Assembly: GCA_965649765.1 (NCBI GenBank)
Contig: OZ287750.1
Span: 68,014,001 to 68,078,000, forward strand
Direction: 5' to 3'
DNA from: Bispira polyomma
Lineage: Eukaryota
DNA length: 64,000 nt
The notes below the pieces were generated by a model, which had not been told where the DNA came from, did no database searches, and was given only the letters and a program-made list of their open reading frames with translations. Within the stretch, counting starts at the first letter, position 1, and every line of letters begins with the position of its first letter. Position numbers and translations under genes: made by a program. Of this stretch, positions 12,347 to 25,680 are shown one piece after another.

Positions 12347-15208
12347 AAGGTTTGAAATAAGTGTAATAAAAGATAGATATAATTTGGGTCATTTTATTTA
12401 CTACCTTATGAGATAGAAACATGACATCACATGACATATTAGTATTATTAAGTTTATTAACCACAGTAGTATAATTTTATACATTTGGTAGCAATCAAAG
12501 GGGCTGACCACAGTGGTTGAGGACAAAAATACTGTAGATTTGAAAAACTGTTATTAATGAAACTTTTACTGTATGGTGACCTTAAACTCCTAAGAGTTAA
12601 AATTTTATGACAAATTTAAGGTTACAGCATGTTTCAGTCATTCCGGACTCTACCTCCAAAACTGATTGATGGATTTCATTCATATTTGATGGATTTCATT
12701 CATATTTGATACACAGATGTATATGGACCTGAGGAGGAACCCATTGTATGGTGACCTTACACTCATAACAGTAAAAGTACTATAATGAGTTTAATTAGTT
12801 TAAAGACTGTATAATAAAACCTGCTTGGTGGATTTCACTTACATTTGTATACTAATGTAAAATTCTCAGACATCAAAAATGGAAAATTTTCTTTTTTTTT
12901 CAAATTTTAATGTTAGTAGACAAAGTTCCTGAAAATGCAACATTTATTTAAGTAAGTGAAGGGAACTTAAGCAAAAAAGGGAACTTAAGCAAAAAAAAAA
13001 CTGTATAATAAAAGTACGATACCTCTCTGCTTTCTTACAATTTTTTCTCTCTCCAACTTGCCTAAGAGCAGGTGACACAGTAACAGTCAAATGATTTTTT
13101 GTTGGTGTTCAAGTTTAGATTATGCTAGCTTTCAGAAACTTCACCAAGCATAAAATAACACCATCAACTAGACAATATTTTAAAATGTAGGAAAAAATAT
13201 GATATTTGAGAATTAGGTGGGACTTCGAAATTTAGACTTAGGCTCTGGATGGACACTGGATTGGGGACAAACTTTCTGCTGTACCTTGCCTGACTTGTAA
13301 GGCTATTGCAACATATACCTCCACATTTATTTATAAATAATTGACGATATGATCAACATTCACTTAAATGCCAAATTTACTGTGTGGCCCCATGGGCCAC
13401 TCTTATCATGTTGTTTGTTTATTCCAAGCAGGAAGTGTTAAATTTTGCCGACAATTTACCTCTCTGTTCAGGGAGGTCACTTTCAATAGAACTAACGTAT
13501 GATTGTAGTGTACACTTTTTTATGTTTATAGTATTTAAGTAAAGTTTTAAACAGTGAAAAGGATATTAAGATAAAAAGAAGAGGGATATATAAAGAGAGC
13601 TACAGAGCCTCTGCCATAACCATAGCCTTGATAAAGGAGTCCCACCGACTCTCTTCTGTGTAAACCAAGTGTACATAGCCTTGTCCAAGTCTGTATTTTG
13701 AGCGATCTTTTGAGATTTTGTTGACATGAAGTCTTATCTGATACAACTCTTGTATTTACAAACTGTGTTAATTTACCCTTGTCTCTTTTTATATCATTTT
13801 TATGTGTATATATATTTTATATAGTCTTTCCTGTACCATACTCCTAGTTCAATTTTTGTCTCTATCTCTAGCTAAGTTGTTTCAAGTGTTAATACAATTC
13901 TCTCACGTTTTACAACTTTTTGAACAGACATGATGATTTCCAAATACTAATTGTACACAAAGTAAAACTTAATCTTGTAATAAAAACTGTTCATAATGTG
14001 GCTGTATTTATACAAAAATTTAAAGAACAACATTAACACTTAACCAATAAACATGAAACTTTAAAGGACTTCAATTTTATCTCAAGAAATCCCCTTCATT
14101 GTGATCCTAAAGTTAATCTTACTTTATAAACCTCATTATATTTAAAAGGTTCTCACTTTACATTTGTACACTAAGCCAGTCAAACTTATTTAAAAGGCTA
14201 GATGTGGCTAGAGGTGGATTGCAATCACAGCACAATAAACTTGTCCAGCATGTTCCTCCATATATAAACTAAACGCACTGTGTTTGTTGTAACTTTTATC
14301 AGCTGTCACTTTTGATTATAAACAGACCCAGAAGTTGAGGAAGAGAGGGTATTACTTCAAAAAGACGATATAAATACAATTAAAGGAACCTTTTCTGTTT
14401 TTAGTGTGTGGTGGCTCATGTTTTCAGTGGCTCAAAATCACTGAAGTGTTGTTATAAATATAATAGTGGTTTAATTTCTTTATGGTTTAATTCCTTTACG
14501 TAGTGACACACCCCCCCCTTGTCCCCTGTAAAAAGCCATTTCAGAACCCACTGTTGGCAGTCACAGCAAGAAAATATAAACAATGTACACGCACTGTGAT
14601 GATTTGTTTAAGGATTACCTTTTGTTCTGACTTGTGTTTTACAAGGTGGGTGTATGTTTCGTAGGATTTTGTGTCTGCTTATCAAATAAAATAACAAGAT
14701 AACAGATTAACCGCTCTGGTTTATTACCCGCACCTTCTACTTTTAGACACTTAAAAAAATCAGATATCCCGCGGTTTTTCTACCGAAAAGTACGGTACTC
14801 TGAGTACAAATAAATGAATAAGTAAAATTAAAATATTTGCAAAAGCAGACCAGCTCTAGTTATACACAGGGCCCATTCCGAAAAACAAGATGGCCACTAC
14901 AAAATAATAAACTTGAAATTTGTTGCTGGACCCTATAAATAAAACCAATTGCAAAACCTGCCGTTTGGGGGGTCTATAACCCCACTTGTTAATTAAAGGA
15001 ATCCTTTCTATATTAAACAGTTTTTGTTTGACTGGTTATGCACGCAGATTCACGGAACACTTGCAGTATTAGATTATTTTAGACTTCACACACTTATAAC
15101 CCCATTATAGTAAGCTTTCCGAGGTCAAAAGATGCTTTGTTTTCCTGTATTCAGAATTAGGAGTGAGAACAAGCCCCATGTAGTGCCACCTGTATTGTGT
15201 ACTTGCAG

Positions 15209-15361
15209 GATTTGGAGTGTGCGTTACAACCACTTCCATGACCAGTTGGTGTTGACGTCCAGTAGTGACAGTCGTGTGGTGCTGACCAATGCCATGTCCA
15301 TCTCTTCAGAGCCATACGGTCACCTAGTGGAGGATGAGGAGGGGGACCAAGACAAGTCGGG
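15209..15361 (+). CDS. EIPR1: EIPR1/TSSC1 coding exon ([51 protein letters not shown])
   Basis: ttgcag acceptor, GG|gtatga donor. Phase 2 on both sides is consistent with neighbouring exons. ORF 15132..15374. Confidence 0.94.
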
Positions 15362-15610
15362 GTATGAGGACTAACCGTCTTTTTGTACACCAAAATTTCA
15401 AAATTTAACTGACAAAGTCAGACTTCCTTATTCTTGGGTCAATTACCAATATTTTGAGTCACTCAACATTATTACTTGGAATGCTATTAAAGTTGGTAGG
15501 GTATCTCTATAACGATCAACAAGCAAATGTTATGATGTCGGACAGCTGTTTCTGACATTTTCTAAACAGAGAATAGACATAAACACATGCACATGTGTAC
15601 ATTTCTTACA

Positions 15611-16048
15611 ACAGAAATATGTCTCATTTCTGATAGTCTACACAGACACATGTCTCGTTTCTGATAGTCTACACAAACACATGTCTCGTTTCTGATAGCC
15701 TACACAGACACATGTCTCGTTTCTGATAGCCTGCATAGACACATGTCTTGTTTCTGATAGCCTACACAGACACATGTCTCGTTTCTGATAGCCTACACAG
15801 ACACATCTCCCGTTTCTGATAGCCTGCACAGACACATGTCCTATTTTCTGATAGCCTGCACAGACACATGTCTCGTTTCTGATACCCTGCACAGACACAT
15901 GTTCCATTTCTGATAGCCTTCACAGACACATGTCCCTTTTCTGATAGCCTGCACAGACACATGTCCTGTTTCTAATAGCCTGCACAGACACATGTCCCAT
16001 TTCTGATAACCTTTACAGAAACATGTCCTGTTTCTAATAGCCTGCACA
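15611..16048 (+). repeat. 31/32-bp minisatellite (~14 copies, ACAGACACATGTCTCGTTTCTGATAGCCTGC)
   Basis: Directly visible. Confidence 0.96.
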
Positions 16049-16137
16049 AAAGTAAGTCCAGTTTGTGATGGTCTGTGTCAAAATGGCAGGTGTACCTGGT
16101 ATGTGTCAGCGACTCTGTGTTCTAGATGTCATTGGAC

Positions 16138-16836
16138 TCTGTTTAAGGTGTATATAAGTGTATGTCACTGGTCACTCTCTGTTGTAGGTGTATATAAGTG
16201 TATGTCACTGGGCTCTGTCTGTTGTAGGTGTATATAAGTGTATGTCACTGGTCACTCACTGTTGTAGGTGTATATAAGTGTATGTCACTGGTCACTCACT
16301 GTTGTAGGTGTATATAAGTGTATGTCACTGGTCACTCACTGTTGTAGGTGTATATAAGTGTATGTCACTGGTCACTCACTGTTACAGATATATATATATA
16401 TATAAGTGTAAGTCACTGGTCACTCTCTGTTACAGATATATATAAGTGCATGTCACTGATCTCTCTCAGTTACAGATATATATAAGTGTATATCACTGGT
16501 CACTCTTTGTTCTAGGTGTATATGAGTGTATGTCACTGGTCACTCTCTGTTCTAGGTGTATATGAGTGAATGTCACTGGTCACTCTCCGTTCTAGGTGTA
16601 TATGAGTGAATGTCACTGGTCACTCTCTGTTTAAGGTGTATATAAGTGTATGTCACTGGTCACTCTCTGTTCCAGGTGTATATAAGTGTATGTTACTGTC
16701 ACTCTCTGTTCCAGGTGTATAAGTGTATGTCACTGGTCACTCTCTGTTCCAGGTGTATATAAGTGTATGTCACTGGTCACTCTCTGTTCCAGGTGTATAT
16801 AAGTGTATGTCACTGGTCACTCTCTGTTCCAGGTGT
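16138..16836 (+). repeat. 40-bp minisatellite (~17 copies, GTGTATATAAGTGTATGTCACTGGTCACTCTCTGTTCCAG) ending in the acceptor of the last EIPR1 exon
   Basis: Directly visible. Confidence 0.97.
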
Positions 16837-17007
16837 GGTGAGCCTCTTAAGGACGGAGTGGTAGGGACGTATGAAGAACATGAAGACTCGGTATACTCAG
16901 TGGCCTGGTCTGCCGCTGACCCCTGGCTATTTGCATCACTCAGCTATGACGGCAGACTGGTCATCAACAGAGTGCCCAGACAGACCAAGTACAAGATACT
17001 TCTCTAG
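16833..17007 (+). CDS. EIPR1: EIPR1/TSSC1 last coding exon ([57 protein letters not shown])
   Basis: ttccag acceptor, TAG stop 17005-17007. C-terminus matches the EIPR1 family; AATAAA-like signals near 17120-17190. Confidence 0.96.
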
Positions 17008-20000
17008 CATTCCTCTCCGTTCTAGTCAGTTTGATGGTGTTGGCAGTAATTGGTATAGCTGCTACAAGTAGTTGTTTCCTTGTGGTGGATTTCAACTATC
17101 AGCTTACCACTGTTAGTAGTTAAAATAAAATAACTTTATTTTCTACTTGTTAGGTAAATGGTGATGTTGTTTAGTAAATAAATAAAGGTTAAAATAGTTT
17201 ATAGTTCTTGAAAGTTTTCTAGTCTATTGAAACATGTCAAGAAAAAAGTGTACTTTGCCCACTTTGAAAGTTTAAATACAAGTATCACTTATACCACACA
17301 AGGTGAGGGACCATCACCAGAACTGTGAAGTCAGCATTGCTATTGATAAAGCATCAGAATGTGTGCAGCATTTGCATTTTTGTTGTAACTTGTAAAAATG
17401 TAGTTGCACAGAGGCATTTATTAGCATGTCTTCCTGCCAGGGAAAGTGTGCAATATTTTGTCAATACAGATAGCTGTACTTTTGGGCTGTCAATCTCTGC
17501 CATTGTTTACCATTGTCAAACTCTGTGTGCCACTTAAGTGTCCTGTGGGTCTGTCAGATGATGTTAGTGAGACGCGTATTGTTATTGCTGTGTTAAATCC
17601 ACTTCAGATTTTTCTTGTCCAGTGGCTTGTTTTATTCCTGATGATAAGAAATGCATGTATAATGTGTACAAATTATGAACATGTTTTGCAAATTTAATAT
17701 ATGTATTTTCTTTTTATTTATGACTATCATCCAGTAATGTATTATTGGTCTTTTTCATATTGTAAAGGCATTTTGATGTTTGTTTCTAGCTCAGTATTCA
17801 GCTCAAAAGAATGGTAACTTTATTTACACCACATACATACGTGGATGTCTGGGTATTGATGTTTCTCCCGTCAGCTAGGTGGCAGGCATGTTCCTTGTGT
17901 GGACAAGATATCACAAAATATCTACACTGAAGTTTTACTTGGTACAAATATTCATCCAGGGCTACAGTTGTGTCATACCAGAGTCTGTTTTTATTTTGTC
18001 CTAAAAGTTATGACCGTGGCCGTAAAATCTTGTCCAGCCTCTATCTCAGAAAGTTGATTTATAGCACAAATACTGTAGTTACAAGAATGTTTCACCAAAT
18101 TGAATGTAAAAGTCCTGAAAAAGTCACTGAAGTTAATTTCCACTATTCACCTAAAATATAATTGAAAATTTAAGTTTTCAATCAGAATTTTCACTGCCAA
18201 TGCTCATTAGAACCCTCAGTGTTTACACTTAAATTGCCCTTTGCCTTTGACACATGGAAACCTGAAATAGCTTGTCCGGATTGTCTCTCAATATCTGCCT
18301 TTCAAAGTAAGTTGATATTTTGGACAGTTGTTCATTAGGCCATGTACATTTGTTTGCCTTGACTTATTCAGAGGTTGACTCTTTTTACACCTTGATTCAT
18401 ATTTTAGTCGTGGGTGATTCATGAAGTGTAACCAGTGTGTGGATGTAATTTCTACAAAGTAAATAAATTTATTATGTTGTGACGCAAGTTTGTGCGACTT
18501 GTTACAGAATTACACAAAGTAAAGTTGCTGTAATGTGTACTTCTATGGCAATAAACAATTTGTTGATTTATTTTTTGTTTGACGTCTGTTTGGTGTTCTT
18601 TAATGACAGTTTTCACATATATATTAAGCTTTTTTGACTTGCCATATGGTAATTTGCCACTCTTGAATTTGCCATTATTTATTTTCTTTCCATTTAGTGG
18701 GACAAAGGTGTAAGGAAAAAAATTGAGTTCTGTATCTAGAGCAAATCGTACAATAAAGTGTTTTAATGTGGGACAGTTTAGCAAGGCTCGTATTATAGGA
18801 GTTATATGACTTTAAAAGAGTTTCAGTGTTCATGTTTTGCCTTGGGGAATAATCATAATCGTATCATCCTTGACCACATCAGTTGCAGTAATTTATTGGG
18901 CAGATTGATTTACACACTTTCAATTTGATCTCTGTACAGACAGTGACCTACACAAACCTGGTTGAGGATACATTTTGTTGTGATCTCTGAATGTTCCAGA
19001 TGTTTTAATCTGGAGAATTTTAAACGTATTCAATGTTCTGACACTTCAGGCCATTTCTGAACTGCAAGTACTTTGTGCTTTTACTGCTCCTGGATTACAT
19101 AGAAATTCTACTGGTGTCCGTTTAGTTTGGCAGCAAAACCAACACTCACATAAACTGTTTAAAATTATGGGGGTAACAAGAAAGTGTTTTGGCAAAAACC
19201 TAGGTTTGCCTACAGTGGGTAGGTAATATAGACCACCACATAGAGCCACATATACATTAGAATAGAGTTATTATAGTGTCCTGTTTGTTTACAAGAAGTA
19301 GTGATAAAAGTAGTACATACAACAAACCCAACCTCAGGTAGGCTTATAAGTCACTTTTGTTCTAATTTGGAATTAGTGACATTTTATTAGAAAATTATAC
19401 ACTTTATATTACTCTACTAAAAGAAGAAAGAAAGAAATTCAATAAAAAATGTAATAATAGCGAAAGTTTTAACATGTTTTATACAGTAAGGTACTTCATT
19501 TATGCCATGCTTTACCTATATAAACACTTAAGAATAAACTTTATTAGTTGACAGAAACAAATCATCACTACATATACTATAGTCTGAATTTAAGGTACTA
19601 CTTTTATGCCATGCTTTTCCTACATAAGAAGCTAAATAATAAATTGTATTAGTTGACAACAATTTTAAACAAATCCTCACTACATATACATTGTACTATA
19701 GTCTAAATAAAAAATTTGTTCTTAGTCATTATACACATTACCAACACAAATAAAATGTGTTTTTTCTTTGATAAAATTAGTATTACATACAATACAATCT
19801 ATCTTTGATTGGGATTTTATGGAATCCTCCAGTTTGAATAGAAAGAGGCAATGTACCGGTCCTTATTTGCAATCAATGCACGCTACTATCTACCTAAAGG
19901 TTGGCAGCTAAATTCTTTTCACTTTCAATATCTGTTTTAAATAAGTTATATGATCTAAGTTTTGGTTTTTCATTTATAGTTTGCTGAAACTCTTCCATCC

Positions 20001-20884
20001 TTTATTTGGATGTACTTCTATATTTAACACATATTTAGAGTCTTTGTACATGGTAATATTTAAAATAACTTAATTAATATTCCATGAATTTTTATTCTGT
20101 CAGAAATGCTGAAATATAGAATTATCCAACCCTTAAAACATGGAACCAGAACTTTTACAGCACTTAAAACTTTAAAGGTCTTTTAACAATGTCTCGTCAT
20201 AACAAATCTGATTTTATTAGAAATTTTAAATAAACCCTTATTTCAAAAAGTAATATTTCAGTCAATATTGAATATATTTTTATTTTTCAAAGAACATTTT
20301 AAATTAAAGCGTTGCCTTAATACTATATATGTGTTATATCTTTATTACTATTTTATTAAAATTGGTGAAACCTGTCTATCTGTATTATCTGTTGGTAATG
20401 CAATAAGAAATCTTAAAAAGTTTCAATGGTTCTGTCTTTTGTGAATCATGTCTTGACAGGGCCCTAGGGGCGTCCGTTTCCCAGGTAACCAACAGATTAT
20501 ACTTTGGTGGTGACCTGGCTTGATATTCAGAAAGATTCTTATTCTTAGAAGTTTTAGTTATCAGCTTAAAAAATTCTTTCAGGAACATCCTAACAAGTTT
20601 GGTGAACAGGACCCATAAATTCAAACCTCAGGAATTGTGTCTGAGGACATTTCAGTAAATATATACAGTAGTCTTTAATACCTAAATGTTGATATAAAAA
20701 AAAGCTATAGTTGTATTACCAATAAATTCATCAGTCTGTATTTTAAATGAGCATTGGCATATGTTATGGGGATGTACCTCTAATTTGAATATCTTTTGAA
20801 CTTATGTGTTGATGAACTCTAATCTATTGAGATGATAGAAGTTCATACAGTAGAGCTTCTGTTGTAAACTCTCCTCATAGTATC

Positions 20885-21928
20885 CACCAGAGTTTTTCGG
20901 TGAATACTATGGATTAGTCATCGTTACTCCGCTGCGTCAGTGTGTGTAGAAAATTTTACCGTTACCGCTCTTCTAGGAAAACTTTTACACTTAGACTCTT
21001 GAAATTTACAGGAAATGTCTTTATTACAAAAGCTTGCCTAGGAGTAATTTTGGCCTCATTTTGAAAAAACTAGATGGCCGCCACGGGCGTTTCTTTGAAA
21101 ATAATCAGGCTTTTAACTGTGTTTCTCAGCTGTAGAAGGTTGAATCTCTTTGTGGGTGATATGTTTAACAGATATACATGTCCTGTATAAGCATGCAGAC
21201 ATTTGACCTTGAATCTTCTCATTCAAGGTCATCAACAGAGTGCCAAAGTACCCCAAGTGACCGATTTGGGCCAAACTTAAAAGTGCCTATATCTCGCTTA
21301 ATATTGGTCCTACAGGTTCAGGATCTGCAACCATTCAATAGGAAATCATGAGCAGGGAATCTCTTGATGTGCCGTGATTTGACCTTGGGCCTCTCCTTCA
21401 AGGTCAAACAGAGATGACCAAACCTAAAAGTGCCTATATCTCGCTTATTTTGGGTCAAACAGGTTTTGGATGTCAAACCAACCTATAATAGAAAATCATG
21501 GCATGGGAATCTTTTGATGTGGTTCGATTTGACCTTGGGCCCCTCGTTCAAGGTCAAATTCGGATAGCCAAACTTAAAAGTGCCTATATCTCGCTTATTA
21601 TTGGCCCAGAGGTTTGGAGTGCCAAACCAACCTATAGAAAATAATAGGCTGGGAATCTATTTATGTGCTCAGATTTGACCTTGGGGCCCCTCGTTCAAGG
21701 TCAAATGCGCATGGCCAAACTTAAAAGTGCCTATATCTCACTTATTATTGGTCCCACAGGTTTACAATGTCAAACTCACTTGTACCATTTAAGGCTTTAG
21801 CATAAATGCCCAATAGGAAATCATAGGCTTCTAGCTTGGGTGCTAGATAGGGTGCTTGCTACCTAGGGTGCTTTGTCTTTTTGGTGGATACAAAAATGCA
21901 TCGGTTCTCTGATGCGCTAGGTCTAGTT
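20885..21928 (+). mobile_element. Second copy of the Helitron/Helentron-like family with ~147-150 bp internal satellite (~4 copies)
   Basis: Colinear with 9560-11065; 3' hairpin GCATC-ggttctct-GATGC followed by CTAG. Confidence 0.78.
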
Positions 21929-23129
21929 ATTCTTTTTCTGGTTTGTCTTTTTTTAGTCCCAGCCAGTGTCTCACATCAGTAAAGTCCCAAACATGATATG
22001 CGAGGACTGTTGTTTCTAATCATAACTGTGTTGAATGTACAGGACCAACTATACCACAATATATCACTGTAATATACATGAGGAGGTGGCAATCAAATCA
22101 TCCACGTAAACCCAAACTATCATAACTTGTGCAAATAAGACATAGAAACTGAAACAGTTGTAAAATCATATTCCAAAGCAAAAGTTTTGTTGTTGTATCA
22201 ACAGGGAATTGATATCTTGCCACTTGAAATTGAAATACTATTCAGGCAGATACATCTGACTAAGCTTATAAAAGGCTTTGTAAGCTTTAATGTAGATGTA
22301 GGGGATGAAGTTAATTTTCTTTGTTTGTGGCTAGATTTAGAAAACATTCAGTAGACATTTTTAATATGGTTGAAATCCTAATCATTTTAACACATTTAAG
22401 TGTAAATTTGACAATGGATTTTGTTCATGAGTTGTGGCTTGTGAGAAACCATAAAGTGTGTGTCAAAATGTAAGGCCATTTTCATAGTGACTTAAAAGCC
22501 CATATAGTGCTGAGTATTTCTGTATAGTTTTTGTTAATTGTTTACTATTATTGTAAACATACAAGTCACCAAAATAAATCATAAAATAATTGTACTTTTG
22601 ACCATTTCTGCAATTGATCAGATTTGTATTAGAAATACTGTATAGAGTTCAAGGTCATGCAGCATAAACTAACAATTTATCTTCACATCAAATCACAATA
22701 GAACCTTTTATCTAAATATGACTCTGATTTTGTTAGGATAATGGAATGTTAATTATTTTAGTAGAAAACCATAGGACAATGTAAATTTGACAGTGATGGA
22801 GGGTTCATAAAATAAAATATTTGGATAATAGAAGTTTGGGTAACAGAGGTTGTATTGTACTGATGACATCATATGTAATATATTGTGAATGTAACGTACT
22901 TAAGTGAGAAGTGTATTGCTGCATATTAGGTGACTATTTAATCAGAAGTTTTTCTTTCCATCTTGTGGGAAGTTTGTTCAGGTTATATCTTGATAGCTAT
23001 AAATAGCAGGAGATGCAGTTCTGACCTTGTAGTGGACGTTGTTGTGTAGGTGTGTCATGGCTTTGTCCAGGGTGGGCAAGGCAATTGGGTAAGGCGGGCA
23101 AGTAAACATTAACCAATATAGGGCTCCTT

Positions 23130-23870
23130 TTTGTTGCTTGGAATGTGGAGCTAGACGAAGGAAGGTTATATTTCGCAGAATTTTTCAAGCTACTTTGGCG
23201 GCTGTGGCAGGCATAAATGTTTTGGGTGTCCCACAGGCAAAACCCATGCATGGATTTTCACCAAATTTTTAGGATATATTTACCGTAACAGGATCTAGAG
23301 CTGATTAGGTTTTGGGTGGCATCTGGCAACAACTGTTGCCATGACAATGCTTTTAAGATTTTTGGGGTCTTAAACTATATGGGTGTTATAAAGGCTAAAA
23401 CCAATGCATGGATTTTTACCAAATTTCTGAGATATGTTTATCCCAAGAGGATCTACAGCTGATTAGGTTTTGGGGGTTAACTGGCAACAATTGTTGTCAT
23501 GGCAACGCTTTTAAAATTTTGGGATCCTAAACTTTGTAAGTGTTTCACAGGCTAAATCCATCCATGGATTTTCACTAAATTTTTAGGATATGTTTACCCC
23601 AAAAGGATCTAGCGCTCATTAGGTTTTGGGGGTATCTGGCAACAACTGTTGTCATGGCAACACTTTTAAGATTTTGGAGTCTTAAACTGGGTGGGTGTTA
23701 CACAGTCCTAAACAATGGATGGATTTTCACCAAATTTCATGATAGCTTTGGGTTCTGTATACTTCCAACGTTTAAACTTACTCCTTACATTTTACCAAAT
23801 CTCAATGTTGTTGCCCATTTAGTTGTACCTGCGGGCTGGTCTTCCTTCCTGCCGAGGCTGGCTATTTTTA
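23130..23870 (+). mobile_element. Interspersed element with 157-bp internal tandem repeat (~3.5 copies), Helentron-associated-like
   Basis: catggattttcaccaaattt recurs at ~23249, 23406, 23563, 23718; GC-rich terminal segments. Confidence 0.6.
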
Positions 23871-25490
23871 TGTACATATAACAGAACAAAAGCATGTTTT
23901 TTTCTGCTTAAGCATGATTTTTAGTTCCCAGAGTAATTTTAAGTATGATTTTTATACACTGTTCAGGACGAAGTTGGAACAAAGATAGACTTACATCAGA
24001 CAGGTGTCCTTAGATTAAGGTGAATGATTGATTAAGGTGAATGAGAATTCCTAGGTTACGGTGAGAATCCCTTGATTAAGAAAACCTTCAAGTCATACAT
24101 TAAGCGAATGACAGCCACTTTAAGGTTAACAAAATTTACAGACGACAATCCCTAGCTTAAGGTTACATCAACCTCCTACCTTAAGTGAGTGATAACCAAT
24201 TTATGATTGCAAGATGAATACTTTATCAGCTAAGAGGGGTCTTGCTTAGTACATGCAACTGTGTCAGAAATCTATCAGTCATGTTTAATTCTACATAAAC
24301 TCCAAGAGAGAGGTAATATGAACATATTTAAGTTTAGGTGATTTAGATTAGCTGCAACATAAACTTAGAGTAGTAGGGTGTCATGTCTTTTATCTTAAAT
24401 TCAGCCATTCAACTTTAAGCTGTACATTGTTTGTTTTTTAGAGTTTAAATAGGTTGGACTAGTTGCTAAATCTTATGGATAAGGTTTGTCCTGACTTGGT
24501 TACAAGTTTGAATTCGAGAATATTGAAAACTGATAGAAATTACATTAATAGAGTTGTCATTGTGACTTATATGCCCAAATGATGTATAGAAGAATGTTGT
24601 TTTTACCTCCTATCCATTAATAGGCTGTATTACTAGGTGTAATGTTCCCGTTGTGGGCAGATGTCTTCCTTGTCTGAAGAAGATCTTGGACACCACTTGT
24701 CACATGAAAGTAATGTTTTAGACAAATGTTTATTATGGGGTACAGTTTTGCAATGTCATGGACTGACCTCTTGTTGGCCTTTAAACTATTAAGTGATTAC
24801 CTTGACCTTAAATCAGTGTCTGAAATAGATCACAGGAACTAAAACTTCACAGGAAGTTCACATTTGATATATATTCCAAGGGCATGTAGACACGAAGTAT
24901 CACAGTGTAATGTCATTTTGACCTTTGCTCTTAGGATGATAACCTTAACCTCAAGATCTTATGTACACTATATTTAATGAATTACTTAATACTTGTGACA
25001 GGTTAAGAGTGTCTAAAAATATTCATTAGTTGTGTGTGGTCATAAATTCACCTTGGTTTGACCTCTGTTCTTGGAGTTATAACCTTGACCTTCAAATTGT
25101 TTTCCAGGACTACATCTTTGTTAATTTTAACAATTTGTCCAATATTCATCAGAGGCTGTAGATATTCTGCTTCCTGTTCTTACCTCATTTTGAGCCTTGA
25201 CCTAAACATATTTCCGGACTATATCTCAGTAACTACATATAGAAAGTTAATATTTGGTACCAGGAGGTGTAGAAAATAGAACATCCTTTACCTCATTTTG
25301 ACATTGGAGTAATAACCTTGACCCTTTCATGACTACATATCATTAACTACTCACACTAAGTTTATATTGCCTAATAAACATGTTTCCTATGAACTGTAGA
25401 TGTGCATCTTCCTGCTCTGATCTCATTTTTGACATAGGACATTGTAGTAATGTATGTCAATTATACAATTTGTAGTCACAGAATATGAAA

Positions 25491-25680
25491 TACAGTAGAA
25501 ACTCTATTATCCGACCCTCTATTATCTGAACATTTGATTTTACGGACTCAAGTTCACTCTCCCAAAAGAATTTTTTGCTATCTTTCATACTAAAATGCCA
25601 CTTCTATTTTATAGACCTTCTATTATCCAAACACATTCTTTACTCTCCCAAGAAGTCCGTAAAATACAGGTTCTACTGTA
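25491..25680. mobile_element. Short Tc1/mariner-type MITE (TA-CAGTAGAAC...GTTCTACTG-TA); related copies near 48897-49058, 50684, 51385-51561, 52255-52426, 58192-58347, 61720-61853
   Basis: Inverted termini with TA flanks; recurrent agaacctctattatccaaac motif. Confidence 0.75.

Larger units (their letters stand above)
5626..14795. mobile_element. Possible outer Tc1/mariner-type non-autonomous element hosting nested insertions
   Basis: TA|CCGTACTTT ... AAAGTACGG|TA inverted termini; TTATTACCCRCACC motif near both ends. Confidence 0.5.
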
